A program made the translations under genes and the position numbers. Below, piece by piece: positions 9,732 through 19,778 of a DNA stretch of 64,000 nucleotides (position 1 is its first letter; each line of letters starts with the position of its first letter). The notes beneath the pieces were generated by a model. That model was not told the DNA's origin. It did no database searches and saw nothing but the letters and a program-made list of their open reading frames with translations. The stretch comes from Oscillospiraceae bacterium (GTDB lineage Bacteria > Bacillota > Clostridia > Oscillospirales > Ruminococcaceae): NCBI GenBank assembly GCA_014799385.1, contig JAAVIC010000006.1:52037-116036 (forward strand), read 5' to 3'.

Positions 9732-9800
9732 ACCGCTCTCACGGATCGCGGCATTTGCCCGGAAATCGGGAAACACCAAAACCCTTTACTGTGACGGCGG
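9732..9800 (+). promoter_or_regulatory. Putative structured rpsO (S15) autoregulatory leader
   Basis: CCGCTCTCACGG pairs with CTGTGACGGCGG, enclosing internal helices, just upstream of the RBS. Confidence 0.45.
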
Positions 9801-9822
9801 AGAAATTTAACGAGGTGTTATT

Positions 9823-10089
9823 ATGTTAAGAAAAGAAGAAAAGACAGCCGTAATCGAGGCTAACCGCAAGCATGACAAGGACACGGGTTCTCCCGAGGTT
9901 CAGATCGCGATTCTTACCAAGAGAATCAACGACCTTACCGAGCACATCAAGGTTCACAAGAAGGATCACCACTCCACTCGCGGACTTCTCAAGATGGTAG
10001 GCCGCAGAAGAAATCTGCTGAACTACCTCCAGAAGAAGGACATCGAGCGTTATCGTGCAATCGTTGCGAAGCTCGGCTTGCGTAAGTAA
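9823..10089 (+). CDS. rpsO: 30S ribosomal protein S15
   Basis: [13 protein letters not shown]...[23 protein letters not shown] signature. Confidence 0.99.
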   Translation: MLRKEEKTAVIEANRKHDKDTGSPEVQIAILTKRINDLTEHIKVHKKDHHSTRGLLKMVGRRRNLLNYLQKKDIERYRAIVAKLGLRK

Positions 10090-10188
10090 TCGGTAATCAT
10101 TAACAAAGGGCAGAGGCAGGGGGCAGAGCGTTTCAGCGGCACTCTTCTGCCCTTTAGTCACATTATTTGTCCCGAAAGGATTTTTAGA

Positions 10189-12312
10189 ATGTTTGAGAAT
10201 TACAAAGTATTTAAGACAATGTTTGCCGGGCGCGAGCTTACCGTTGAATCGGGCAAGGTATGCGGATTGGCGAACGGCTCGTGCTGGGTTCGTTACGGCG
10301 AGACCACAGTGATGGTAAACGTAACCGCCTCCGCGAAGCCCCGCGATGGCGTGGATTTCTTTCCGCTTTCCGTGGACTATGAGGAGAAGCTCTATTCCGT
10401 GGGCAAGATTCCCGGCGGATTTCTGCGCCGTGAGGGTAAGCCCTCCGAAAAGGCGATTCTGACCTCCCGTGTAGTTGACCGCCCCATGCGTCCGCTGTTC
10501 CCGAAGGATATGCGCAATGACGTGGCTATCACCATGACCGTGCTGTCCGTTGACCCCGATTGTTCCCCCGAGATTCTCGGTATGATTGGCGCGTCTATCG
10601 CGGTTTCCATTTCGGATATTCCGTGGAACGGACCGATTGGAGGAATTTCCGTAGGTCTGGTGGACGGCGAGATAGTTCTTATGCCGAACGCGGAACAGCG
10701 CGCTAAGAGCGATTTGAACCTCACCGTGGCAAGCTCCGAGAAAAAGGTTGTTATGATTGAGGCAGGCGCAAACGAGGTTTCCGATGATTTGATGTTCGAT
10801 GCAATTATGGCGGGACACAATGAAATCGTAAAGTCGCTGATTCCGTTTATCAAGGACATTCAGGCGCAGATCGGAAAGCCCAAGTTCGAGTTCACAAGCA
10901 GTGACGTAGACCACGATATGTATGACGCGATTTCCGATTTCGCAATTGAAAAGGTTCGCTATGCGATGGATACGGACGACAAGAATATCCGCGAGGAGCG
11001 TCTCCAGCCCGTTTATGCCGAGGTTCACGAGAAGTTTGACGAGCAGTATCCTGAGCAGATCGCGATGATTGACGAATGTATGTACAAGCTCCAGAAGTTC
11101 GTGGTTCGCCGTTGGTTGTTGGACGATGGAAAGCGCGTAGACGGACGCGCTCTCGACCAGATGCGTCCGCTTGCCGCAGAGGTTGGAGTTCTGCCGAGAG
11201 TTCACGGTTCGGGAATCTTCACGCGCGGTCAGACGCAGGTTATGACAATTTGTACGCTCGGTCCCGTATCGGACGCGCAGAAACTCGAGGGTCTTGATGA
11301 GGAAGAAACCAAGCGTTACATTCACCATTACAACTTCCCGAGCTACTCTGTGGGCGAAACCAAGGCGTCCAGAGGTCCGGGCAGACGTGAGATAGGTCAC
11401 GGCGCGCTGGCTGAACGCGCTCTCGTGCCCGTAATTCCGAGCATTGAGGAGTTCCCCTACGCGATTCGTCTTGTGTCCGAGGTTCTCAGCTCCAACGGTT
11501 CGACATCGCAAGGCTCCGTGTGCGGCTCTACGCTTGCTCTTATGGACGCCGGTGTTCCGATTAAAAAGCCCGTTGCAGGTATCTCCTGCGGACTTATCAC
11601 CGAGGGCGAACGTTGGATGACAATGGTTGACATTCAAGGCGTTGAGGACTTCTTCGGCGATATGGATTTCAAGGTTGCGGGTACTCATGATGGTATCACC
11701 GCAATTCAGATGGACTTGAAGATTGACGGTCTTACTCCCGAAATCATCAAGAGCGCGTTCGAGAAAACTCACAAGGCGCGCGATTATATCCTTGACGAGG
11801 TAATGCTCAAGGCAATTCCCGCTCCGCGTCCCGAGGTCGGCAAGTACGCTCCCAAGATGCTCACCACCAAGGTTCCCGTGGAGAAGATCAGCGATGTTAT
11901 CGGCAAGGGCGGAAAGGTTATCCAGAAGCTCTGTGCAGACTTCGAGGTCAAAATCGATGTGGACGAGGACGGCAATGTATTCATCTGTGGTGTGGACGCG
12001 GAAAAGGCAAAGGCGTGTGTTCAGGTAATCCACGCTATTGTAAATCCGCCTGAAATCGGTGCGATTTACAAGGGCAAAGTTGTCCGCATCATGAACTTCG
12101 GTGCGTTTGTTGAAATTGCTCCCGGCAAGGACGGTATGGTTCATATCTCCAAGCTCGAGAATCACCGCGTTGAAAAGGTGGAGGACGTTGTTTCCGTTGG
12201 CGATGAAATCATTGTCAAGGTTATGGAAATCGATAATCAAGGAAGAATCAATCTCTCCCGCAAGGACGCTCTCGCTGATATTGAGGCGAAGAGAAGAGCG
12301 CAGCAGAACTAA
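10189..12312 (+). CDS. pnp: Polyribonucleotide nucleotidyltransferase (PNPase)
   Basis: FFPLSVDYEEK, RREIGHGALAERAL, SNGSTSQGSVCG and GDMDFKVAGT motifs; KH and S1 domains; follows rpsO. Confidence 0.98.
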   Translation: MFENYKVFKTMFAGRELTVESGKVCGLANGSCWVRYGETTVMVNVTASAKPRDGVDFFPLSVDYEEKLYSVGKIPGGFLRREGKPSEKAILTSRVVDRPMRPLFPKDMRNDVAITMTVLSVDPDCSPEILGMIGASIAVSISDIPWNGPIGGISVGLVDGEIVLMPNAEQRAKSDLNLTVASSEKKVVMIEAGANEVSDDLMFDAIMAGHNEIVKSLIPFIKDIQAQIGKPKFEFTSSDVDHDMYDAISDFAIEKVRYAMDTDDKNIREERLQPVYAEVHEKFDEQYPEQIAMIDECMYKLQKFVVRRWLLDDGKRVDGRALDQMRPLAAEVGVLPRVHGSGIFTRGQTQVMTICTLGPVSDAQKLEGLDEEETKRYIHHYNFPSYSVGETKASRGPGRREIGHGALAERALVPVIPSIEEFPYAIRLVSEVLSSNGSTSQGSVCGSTLALMDAGVPIKKPVAGISCGLITEGERWMTMVDIQGVEDFFGDMDFKVAGTHDGITAIQMDLKIDGLTPEIIKSAFEKTHKARDYILDEVMLKAIPAPRPEVGKYAPKMLTTKVPVEKISDVIGKGGKVIQKLCADFEVKIDVDEDGNVFICGVDAEKAKACVQVIHAIVNPPEIGAIYKGKVVRIMNFGAFVEIAPGKDGMVHISKLENHRVEKVEDVVSVGDEIIVKVMEIDNQGRINLSRKDALADIEAKRRAQQN

Positions 12313-12342
12313 TAAGAAAGTCCCCCTCTTCCGAGGGGGACT

Positions 12343-12509
12343 CAGACTGTCGATAAACCCTCGCACCGCCCCACCGCATTACGGCGGGGCTTACTTCGTC
12401 AAAGCCCTAACGGCAGGCATAAAGCCTAGCCGTTAGGGCTTTTCCTCGTCTGCGAGTGTTTCTCGACAGTCTGGGAAATGCGAATTAAATTGACTTTTTC
12501 TACAATCTG
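12343..12509. mobile_element. MITE-like element flanked by an imperfect 24-bp duplication of a terminator hairpin
   Basis: Ends CAGACTGTCGATAAA / TTTTTCTACAATCTG; flanks AGTCCCCCTCTTCCGAGGGGGACT (12319-12342) and AATCCCCCTCTTCAGAGGGGGATT (12510-12533); homologous to 35579-35704. Confidence 0.72.
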
Positions 12510-12535
12510 AATCCCCCTCTTCAGAGGGGGATTTC

Positions 12536-13693
12536 TTAATTGACAGGATATTCGCTTCCCTTATAGATTCCCGAAACCGCCAGTGTTAGGAATCTGAAAT
12601 CGTCCATAAGGTTGATTTCCTCACCCGCAAATTCGCCCATAACGCGAACGGTGGGGCGGAGGACATTAGGACTGTGGGAGATGACTACTCCGTGTCTGCC
12701 GTCGGTGAGCTGAACCACAGTGCCGACAGGGTAGGGGTTGAACGCGCGTAGGAATGCTTGAGTGACCTCAAGGTCGAAATGGCTCTCGCACGCTCCAAGT
12801 ATGTATTCCTCTGTTTCGGGGACTGACCACGGCACGCGGTAGGGGCGGTTTGAAGTTAACGCGTCAAACACATCACAAACGGTGAGAATCCGCGCAACGA
12901 GCGGAATCTTCTTCCCCGCAATTCCTGTGGGATAACCCGAGCCGTCAAACTTTTCTTGATGGAACAGCACTCCCGAAAGAACATTCGAGTTATAATTTCC
13001 GCTGTTTTTGAGGATATTGTAGCCAATAAGCGGATGCCGTTTGATTTCGGCAAATTCCTCATCGGTGAGCTTTCCGGGCTTGATGATTATATCGTGGTCG
13101 ATATTGGATTTACCGATGTCATGAAGTAACCCCGCAACGACCAAATCCTTGATTTCGTCAACGGAAAGCCCCATTTCCACACCGACAGATGTGGAGAGCA
13201 TTGCCACGCGCAGACAATGCTTGTAGGTGTAATCGTCGTAATTCTGTAAGGCAATCATCTGTTTGCCGAGAAAGGACGGGTCGCTTGCGATGTCGGTGAT
13301 TATATCATTTGCTATGTTATCCACCTTTTGAATCGAAGCTTGCGAAAGCTCTTTTATCTCTTCGTTGCAGTCGAAAATTTCGTCCAAGTCGGTAAGCGCG
13401 TGACTGAGATCTTCGTTGATTATACGTTCGTCAATTGGCTGCTCATCTGAAACAAGGGATTCGGGTTTAGACGGGGAGCGCCGCGCCACACCCGAGGTGT
13501 CCACACCGCTCGTAAGTCCGCCGATGTTGATTCGCACAGATTTTATTCCCTCCGATTTGAGCATTTCGATCATACTTCTTGACAGAAATGTTCCCTTGGG
13601 AATCAGCGTTCGGTATTCGGTGGCAGTTGTGGTATCAACGTTTTCAGCGAGCTGCATACCTTCTCTAAGCTCATTAACAGGTATAATAATCAT
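12536..13693 (-). CDS. HD-GYP domain protein (cyclic dinucleotide phosphodiesterase)
   Basis: YTYKHCLRVA, LLHDIGK, HQEKFDGSGYPTG and CDVFDALTSNRPYR motifs. Confidence 0.9.
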   Translation of the reverse strand: MIIIPVNELREGMQLAENVDTTTATEYRTLIPKGTFLSRSMIEMLKSEGIKSVRINIGGLTSGVDTSGVARRSPSKPESLVSDEQPIDERIINEDLSHALTDLDEIFDCNEEIKELSQASIQKVDNIANDIITDIASDPSFLGKQMIALQNYDDYTYKHCLRVAMLSTSVGVEMGLSVDEIKDLVVAGLLHDIGKSNIDHDIIIKPGKLTDEEFAEIKRHPLIGYNILKNSGNYNSNVLSGVLFHQEKFDGSGYPTGIAGKKIPLVARILTVCDVFDALTSNRPYRVPWSVPETEEYILGACESHFDLEVTQAFLRAFNPYPVGTVVQLTDGRHGVVISHSPNVLRPTVRVMGEFAGEEINLMDDFRFLTLAVSGIYKGSEYPVN

Positions 13694-13712
13694 AACCCGT
13701 CCCCCCTTAAAT

Positions 13713-14618
13713 TCAGATTAACGGAGATTTGTAAATTCCATCTTCCACATATTTGGAAAGCGTTTCCCGCGCGGATTCGATGTCACTTTCATAGGTAACT
13801 CCAAACCATCTGGAATCGGTGGGAATATCACGGACACGCAATCCGCGGCTTGACTGAATTTCTCTACCGACTACGTCCGCGATTGTAAGCTCCGCCGTTC
13901 CCTCATCGGGCTGAAGATTGTCGAGAAACTTCCTGAGCTGATGCCGCAGAACCCCCATAAACTCCGCATTAAATCCCCACATACTCATCGAGGCGGTGTC
14001 ATCATCGTGAAGAAGCCGCTCATAGCCGTCATATTTTCCGCGGATTATGCCGTCTTCGCCGCGAATTATCTGCTTGGTTTCCTCAACCGAGGTAATCAGT
14101 CCGTCTGCATTTGCGCGGCAGATTCCGCGGTTGACTGCGCCGTATTCGGAGAGGGTATTCGCAAGTCTGAAATCCACCGAGCAAGCGTCTGCGTCGGGAT
14201 TTTTCAGAAATCCCGCCAACGCGGCGAACGCTTTCGCACCATAGAAATCATCCGCGTTGATAACCGCGAAATTCCCGTCAATCACACCGTTGCAGCACCA
14301 CAGTGCCTGCGCCGTTCCCCACGGCTTAACTCGTGAGGGGAAGTCCTTTTCGCGCTTGGGGAGCTGTTCGACAGACTGGAAAACATACTCCGTCTTGACG
14401 ATTTTCTCCACCCGCGCACCGATTGTCGACTTGAACAACTCCTCGATATCCTTGCGGATAATGAACACGATCCGATCAAATCCGTTTTTCACCGCGTCAT
14501 TCACGGAATAGTCTATCAGCAGCTCTCCCGATGGACCGAGCGGCTCAAGCTGCTTTATCCTATTCCCGAATCTTTTTCCCATTCCTGCCGCGAGTACGAC
14601 TAAAGTTAATTCCGACAT
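13713..14618 (-). CDS. Sugar-phosphate nucleotidyltransferase family protein
   Basis: VVLAAGMGKRFG, KQLEPLG, KPWGTAQA and VINADDFYG motifs. Confidence 0.88.
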   Translation of the reverse strand: MSELTLVVLAAGMGKRFGNRIKQLEPLGPSGELLIDYSVNDAVKNGFDRIVFIIRKDIEELFKSTIGARVEKIVKTEYVFQSVEQLPKREKDFPSRVKPWGTAQALWCCNGVIDGNFAVINADDFYGAKAFAALAGFLKNPDADACSVDFRLANTLSEYGAVNRGICRANADGLITSVEETKQIIRGEDGIIRGKYDGYERLLHDDDTASMSMWGFNAEFMGVLRHQLRKFLDNLQPDEGTAELTIADVVGREIQSSRGLRVRDIPTDSRWFGVTYESDIESARETLSKYVEDGIYKSPLI

Positions 14619-14623
14619 TTTAT

Positions 14624-14800
14624 TCTCCTTATCTTAAAAGCAAATCCAAAAGCGCGAAAACGAAATCCGCGATGCGGATTTCGTTTCCGCCCGCCTGCGT
14701 GTCATATCACACAGCAATGCGGTGTGATATGACACGAGCGTTTTGGATTTGCACTTGACTCCTATAAGTTGACTAAAGTTATAATGTTCCAAATCGCGCT
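14624..14800 (-). repeat. Modular leader repeat, copy 4
   Basis: GCAAATCCAAAA...TTTTGGATTTGC with two nested hairpins; ends GATTTGCTTTTAAGATAAGGAG at the RBS. Confidence 0.75.
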
Positions 14801-14923
14801 ATCGGTTAGATGTTTTGGTATATTGCGCCTTGAATTGCGCTGATGATACAAGCGTTTTGATTTTGTACTTCTCTCACAACAGCGGATATGGTTATAATCC
14901 GACCGACTGTCGATTGTACACTG

Positions 14924-15529
14924 TTAAAAGATAGATGGCGCGTTTTTCTCAAGCTCACGCTCCAAATCCTCAAGATCGTCCGACAGCTCCTTTTTGGACT
15001 TGCCCGTTATTTTGGCGCGGTACTCGTTCGTCAGATAATCCAAATGGCTCTGCCAGGTCTTGCCGTTTATATCCTCGTCCCATCGGAGCGCGTCGAGCAG
15101 GGCATAGTACATAAGCTCGTCAAAATCCTTGAAACAGAGAGTAGGCGATTCATAATCATCGTGATAGTACAAAACGATTTTCGGTTCGGATTTTCCCTCA
15201 TAAACGAACAGATACAAGTCGCCCGCGCCATTCTGCGCGAATGGAACGAGCTTTATCCCCTTGCGCAGCGTTTCACCCGTGTCCTCGGCGCGCCATGACA
15301 GCCATTCTGCAAGCTCCTCGGCTCGTTCGGGAATCTCCTCGAAGAATAAAGGCTCAACCTCGCCGTTCATCATCATAAACGATTTTGGGTCGTTATCGTA
15401 TTTTTCGCGAATCTTTCGGAACTCATCGGGCAGAAGCTCCAACCATTCCATAGCCCCCGTATCGTAAATCTTGTGAAATCCGTTCGGGAATATTACCTCA
15501 AATTGCTTTTCAATATCCGATAATTTCAT
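14924..15529 (-). CDS. SMI1/KNR4-like (immunity-type) protein
   Basis: Start ATG 15529; LVPFAQNGAGDLYLF...IVLYYHD motif; ORF-track N-terminal extension overlaps the upstream gene. Confidence 0.7.
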   Translation of the reverse strand: MKLSDIEKQFEVIFPNGFHKIYDTGAMEWLELLPDEFRKIREKYDNDPKSFMMMNGEVEPLFFEEIPERAEELAEWLSWRAEDTGETLRKGIKLVPFAQNGAGDLYLFVYEGKSEPKIVLYYHDDYESPTLCFKDFDELMYYALLDALRWDEDINGKTWQSHLDYLTNEYRAKITGKSKKELSDDLEDLERELEKNAPSIF

Positions 15530-15542
15530 TGTAATTTTCCCC

Positions 15543-16286
15543 CTAACAATAAAATTCCAACAGCTCCTGCACAGCGAACAACGTGCTGTCCGCTGCTGTT
15601 TTCTCGTACTCCCGCAGCACTTCGACAACCTGCTCCCGTTCGGGGAGCGTTTTCCTGTAATACGGGTCGAGATACCAATCCAAGCAGAGCAGCAGACTAT
15701 TCCGCGCGTTGAAATCGCCCGTTTTAAGAACACATTCCACTGCGTCCGCGCCGCTTTCCACCGTTTGGATTTCGATTTTCCCATACCGTGTAGAACGCGG
15801 GAAGGACTTTACCATTCGCTTGTCGGTGACGGTTTTACCGCCGACCTCGCATTGAATTGTGTCACCGTTCGCGCGGAATCCATGCTTTGTGTAGAATCGT
15901 TCCGCGCGCTCGTTACCCTCCAGAACGTACAGATAAACATCGTCAAATCCGCACTCGCAGAGCCAATTCGCCGCGTAATCAAGCAGTTCCCCCGCATGAC
16001 CTTTACCCCAAAATTGGGGTAAAGCATACATCGTGTGGATCTCTCCCCAGCCGCGCATTTGCGGCTCGGCAGCGGGACGCGCGTGACAGTGCGCCGCAAT
16101 CTGCGTTCCGTCAAGGATTACAAAGCTGCCCTCGTCCAAAAAATCGGTACGCGCTTTATACCAATCGGGAGTAATCCCGTCAAGGTATTCCTGCGACAGC
16201 AGTCCTTTGTAACCGTGTTTCCAGCTTGCTGCGTACAGCGCACCGACTTCGGCAAGGTCGTTTTCGGTCATTCTGTGAATTTCCAT
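15543..16286 (-). CDS. GNAT acetyltransferase with C-terminal extension
   Basis: MYALPQFWGKGHAGELL and VLEGNERAERFYTKHGF motifs; start ATG 16286. Confidence 0.82.
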   Translation of the reverse strand: MEIHRMTENDLAEVGALYAASWKHGYKGLLSQEYLDGITPDWYKARTDFLDEGSFVILDGTQIAAHCHARPAAEPQMRGWGEIHTMYALPQFWGKGHAGELLDYAANWLCECGFDDVYLYVLEGNERAERFYTKHGFRANGDTIQCEVGGKTVTDKRMVKSFPRSTRYGKIEIQTVESGADAVECVLKTGDFNARNSLLLCLDWYLDPYYRKTLPEREQVVEVLREYEKTAADSTLFAVQELLEFYC

Positions 16287-16291
16287 TTTGT

Positions 16292-16618
16292 TCACCCCAT
16301 CCACAAACGTTCCGCGTCGGCAACCTCGCTCCACTTGCTTTCCAAGACCGACAGAATTTCATCGATATGTTCCGCAATGTCTTCACGACAATTCGGCGAG
16401 ATACTTTCATCTTGCATTACATACGCTTTGACCTGCGCAAATTCCTCCAGAATATCCGGTAAATCCCTTTGGTAAAGCCATACTCCGTTTCCGATAAGCC
16501 GCAGCTCCAAATCGTCTATCACCCGCTGCCAGACCGTGTTGAAAGTGTTCTCGCCCGAAACCGCAATACAGCGAAATTTTTTCGAGCTTTCCTCAACTCC
16601 GTAAATCTCAACAGACAT
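16292..16618 (-). CDS. Small acidic hypothetical protein
   Basis: 108-aa ORF with RBS, tightly packed in the operon. Confidence 0.65.
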   Translation of the reverse strand: MSVEIYGVEESSKKFRCIAVSGENTFNTVWQRVIDDLELRLIGNGVWLYQRDLPDILEEFAQVKAYVMQDESISPNCREDIAEHIDEILSVLESKWSEVADAERLWMG

Positions 16619-16649
16619 TACCTACCCTCTCAAATTGGACAACCGTCAA

Positions 16650-17033
16650 TCAGTCAAGTATGTTTCTCGGCAATCCCTCAAACAGCGCGTCCATTTCCTC
16701 ATAAGTCAATCCGCGAATAAGCGCCCAGCCGTCCTTTTGCGCGAGGAAATACGGCTCAAGCCGCTTTATCGCTTCATGATATTCCATAGTTCCGATTACG
16801 CTGTCCTTTGTGAGGCTGACTATGGAGATTATCCATTTGTCTATGGTCTTGCCCTCTATTTTCCATTGCTCCTCGGGAACGATCGGAAAAAGCGAATCGG
16901 CAGTTTCGGTAAGCGCAAATGCCACAATTACGCTATCCTCTTTCTGATACACGCGCGGATTGGCTTGATAAGCCTCTTTCCAGCGAGTGTTCAACTCATC
17001 GTTTGTGTTTTTCTTTCTGCTAAAAATACCCAT
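16650..17033 (-). CDS. DUF4299 C-terminal-like protein; paralog of 196-591
   Basis: 127 aa, GGAGG RBS; aligns along nearly its whole length with 196-591. Confidence 0.72.
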   Translation of the reverse strand: MGIFSRKKNTNDELNTRWKEAYQANPRVYQKEDSVIVAFALTETADSLFPIVPEEQWKIEGKTIDKWIISIVSLTKDSVIGTMEYHEAIKRLEPYFLAQKDGWALIRGLTYEEMDALFEGLPRNILD

Positions 17034-17077
17034 TATATCCTCCGATTCGTGATAATCGCCATATCACACGTCAACTG

Positions 17078-19720
17078 TCAATTGTTTTTAAGACCTTCGA
17101 TGGATTCAAGAATCTTCTTCATTTTCTCCTCAGCCTTGGCGAGCTTTGCACGCTCGTTCTCGACTTGCTGCGCGGGAGCTTTGGCGAGGAATCCGGGATT
17201 GTTCAGCTTGCCCGACAGGAAGTCTATGTCCTTTTGAGCGGCTTTGCGCTCCTTTTCAAGACGTGCAAGCTCCTTTTCGGTATCGACAAGCTCGCCCATC
17301 GGCATAAATACACGCGCGGAATCGGTAACAACCGTAACCATTTTTTCCGTTTTCTCGGCAGACTTAACCACAGTAAACTCTCCCGCGCCGGCGAGCTTCT
17401 CAAAGAACGGCTTCGCGTTCTCGAAAATACTGCTGAACTCGGTTTCCACGATCATTGTAACGCGCTTGGACGGCGGAACGTTCATCTCGTTGCGCTGAAC
17501 GCGAATCGCCCGAATCGTGTCGATTACACGACCGAAGTCCTCTTTTTCGCGCGTGAAGTTCAGCCGCTCGTCATATTCGCACCATTTCGCGACCATAACG
17601 CTTTCGCTCTCGTTCTGCGGGATAGACTGCCATATCTCCTCGGTGATGAATGGCATAAACGGATGGAGCGTTTTCAGAATCCCGGTCATTATAAACACGA
17701 GTACGTTTTGTGCGGTGAGCGCGTCATCTCCGCCCGCTTGAATCCTCGGCTTGGTAAGCTCAATATACCAATCGCAGAAAATATCCCAGATAAAGTCATA
17801 GAGGTTCTGCACCGCAACGCCCAGCTCATAAGCATCAAGGTTCAAGGTAACGTTCTTTATCATATCGTTGTACAGCGACAGCACCCACTTGTCCTCAATT
17901 GCGAGGGCAGCAGTATCAAGCGGTTTAACCTCAAAGTCTTCGGGTAAATTCATCAAAATGTAACGTGACGCGTTCCAGAGCTTGTTCGCGAAGTTGCGGG
18001 AGTTCGTGACCTTGGTTTCCGTCCAGCGCATATCGTTTCCGGGAGCATTGCCCGTAACAAGCGTCAATCGCAGTGCGTCCGCGCCGTATTTGTCGATGAT
18101 CTCCAACGGGTCTACACCGTTTCCGAGCGATTTGGACATCTTACGTCCCAACTCGTCACGCACCAATCCGTGGATAAGAACGTCCTTAAACGGCTTTTCG
18201 CCTGTGTGTTCGAGTCCGCTGAATATCATTCTCGATACCCAGAACGTGATTATATCATAGCCCGTAACCAACGTGTCGGTGGGGTAGAAGTAGTCGTAAT
18301 CGGGGGTCTTTTCGGGCCAACCGAGTGTTGAGAACGGCCACAATGCGGAACTGAACCACGTGTCAAGCGTGTCCTCGTCCTGCTTGACGGGAGAACCGCA
18401 CTTCGGGCATTTTGTAAGCTCGTCCAAGGTAATCTCGGTGTGACCGCAGTCGGGGTTCTGACAGTAGAACGCGGGGATTCTGTGACCCCACCAGATTTGA
18501 CGCGAAATGCACCAATCGCGGATATTCTCCATCCAAAACAGATAACCGTTTTCAAACCGCTTGGGTACGTATTTCAGCTCGCCGCTCTTAACCACGTCAA
18601 TCGCGGGTTGGGCAAGCTCTTTCATCTTTACGAACCATTGCAGAGAGGCGGTCGGTTCAACGGTAGTTCCGCACCGCTGACAAGTGCCGACATTGTGCTT
18701 GTGCGGCTCAACCTTAACAAGCAGACCTTGCGCCTCCAAATCGGCAACCATCGCCTTACGCGCCTCGTATCTGTCCATTCCCGCGTATTTTCCGCCAACG
18801 CCCTCCATAATTGTCGCGTCGTCGTTCATCATATGGATCACGGGCAGATCGTGACGCTTGCCGACTTCAAAGTCGTTCGGGTCGTGAGCGGGAGTGATTT
18901 TAACACAGCCCGTACCAAATTCCATATCAACATAATCGTCCGCAACAACGGGGATCTCACGGTCTGTAAGCGGCAATTTGAGCGTTTTCCCGACAAGGTG
19001 AGCATACCTCTTGTCCTTGGGATTCACCGCAACAGCGGAGTCGCCGAGCAGCGTTTCGGGGCGCGTAGTCGCGATTTCTACGAATCCCGAGCCGTCCGCT
19101 ATCGGATAGTTGATGTGCCAGAAGAATCCGTCCTGTTCCTCGTATTCCGTTTCAACGTCCGAAATTGAGGTCTTGCAGTTCGGACACCAGTTGATTATGC
19201 GCTCACCGCGATAGATAAGCCCCTTTGCGTGCAAGTCCATAAAGACTTTTTGAACCGCCTTTGAGCAGCCTTCGTCCATTGTAAAACGCTCTCTGCTCCA
19301 GTCGCAGGATGTACCCATCTTTTTCTGCTGCTCCACAATGCGGTTTTTGTACTTGTGCGTCCAGTCCCAAGCGCGCTCAAGGAATCCATCGCGCCCCAGA
19401 TCATACTTGGTAACGCCCTCCTCTTTCATTGCCGCAACGATTTTCGCCTCGGTCGCCAGAGCCGCGTGGTCGGTTCCGGGCAGCCAAAGCGCACAGAATC
19501 CCTGCATTCTCTTCCAACGGATAAGTATATCCTGGAGAGTGCAGTCCAGCGCGTGACCCATATGGAGCTGTCCCGTGATATTGGGCGGCGGCATTACGAT
19601 GGTGTACGGTTTCTTTTGGGAATCTCTCTCCGCTTTGAAGAAGCCGCTTTCCTCCCAGTATTTGTAAAGTCTGTCCTCAAACTCCTTAGGGGAGTATGTC
19701 TTGTCCAGTTCTCTTTTCAT
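17078..19720 (-). CDS. valS: Valine--tRNA ligase
   Basis: PPPNITGQLHMGH, DWCISRQIWWGH and KMSKS motifs; C-terminal coiled coil; alternative coupled start at 19786. Confidence 0.98.
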   Translation of the reverse strand: MKRELDKTYSPKEFEDRLYKYWEESGFFKAERDSQKKPYTIVMPPPNITGQLHMGHALDCTLQDILIRWKRMQGFCALWLPGTDHAALATEAKIVAAMKEEGVTKYDLGRDGFLERAWDWTHKYKNRIVEQQKKMGTSCDWSRERFTMDEGCSKAVQKVFMDLHAKGLIYRGERIINWCPNCKTSISDVETEYEEQDGFFWHINYPIADGSGFVEIATTRPETLLGDSAVAVNPKDKRYAHLVGKTLKLPLTDREIPVVADDYVDMEFGTGCVKITPAHDPNDFEVGKRHDLPVIHMMNDDATIMEGVGGKYAGMDRYEARKAMVADLEAQGLLVKVEPHKHNVGTCQRCGTTVEPTASLQWFVKMKELAQPAIDVVKSGELKYVPKRFENGYLFWMENIRDWCISRQIWWGHRIPAFYCQNPDCGHTEITLDELTKCPKCGSPVKQDEDTLDTWFSSALWPFSTLGWPEKTPDYDYFYPTDTLVTGYDIITFWVSRMIFSGLEHTGEKPFKDVLIHGLVRDELGRKMSKSLGNGVDPLEIIDKYGADALRLTLVTGNAPGNDMRWTETKVTNSRNFANKLWNASRYILMNLPEDFEVKPLDTAALAIEDKWVLSLYNDMIKNVTLNLDAYELGVAVQNLYDFIWDIFCDWYIELTKPRIQAGGDDALTAQNVLVFIMTGILKTLHPFMPFITEEIWQSIPQNESESVMVAKWCEYDERLNFTREKEDFGRVIDTIRAIRVQRNEMNVPPSKRVTMIVETEFSSIFENAKPFFEKLAGAGEFTVVKSAEKTEKMVTVVTDSARVFMPMGELVDTEKELARLEKERKAAQKDIDFLSGKLNNPGFLAKAPAQQVENERAKLAKAEEKMKKILESIEGLKNN

Positions 19721-19778
19721 AACTTTGGTTGAAATTCCGAAATGTTTGTCTGTCGGAATTTCTTCTCCTTTCTTATTG

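Noticed and set aside
9826-12366. 846-aa antisense ORF, and similar long antisense ORFs over pulA, tgt, valS, the aminotransferase, EF-G2 and pckG
   Set aside because: Shadow frames of strongly codon-biased genes; no RBS or recognisable motifs.
14924-17077. Integron-like attC sites between accessory cassettes
   Set aside because: Spacers are too short and share no inverted-repeat core; only a weak TTGAC(A/G)GTTG similarity in two of them.
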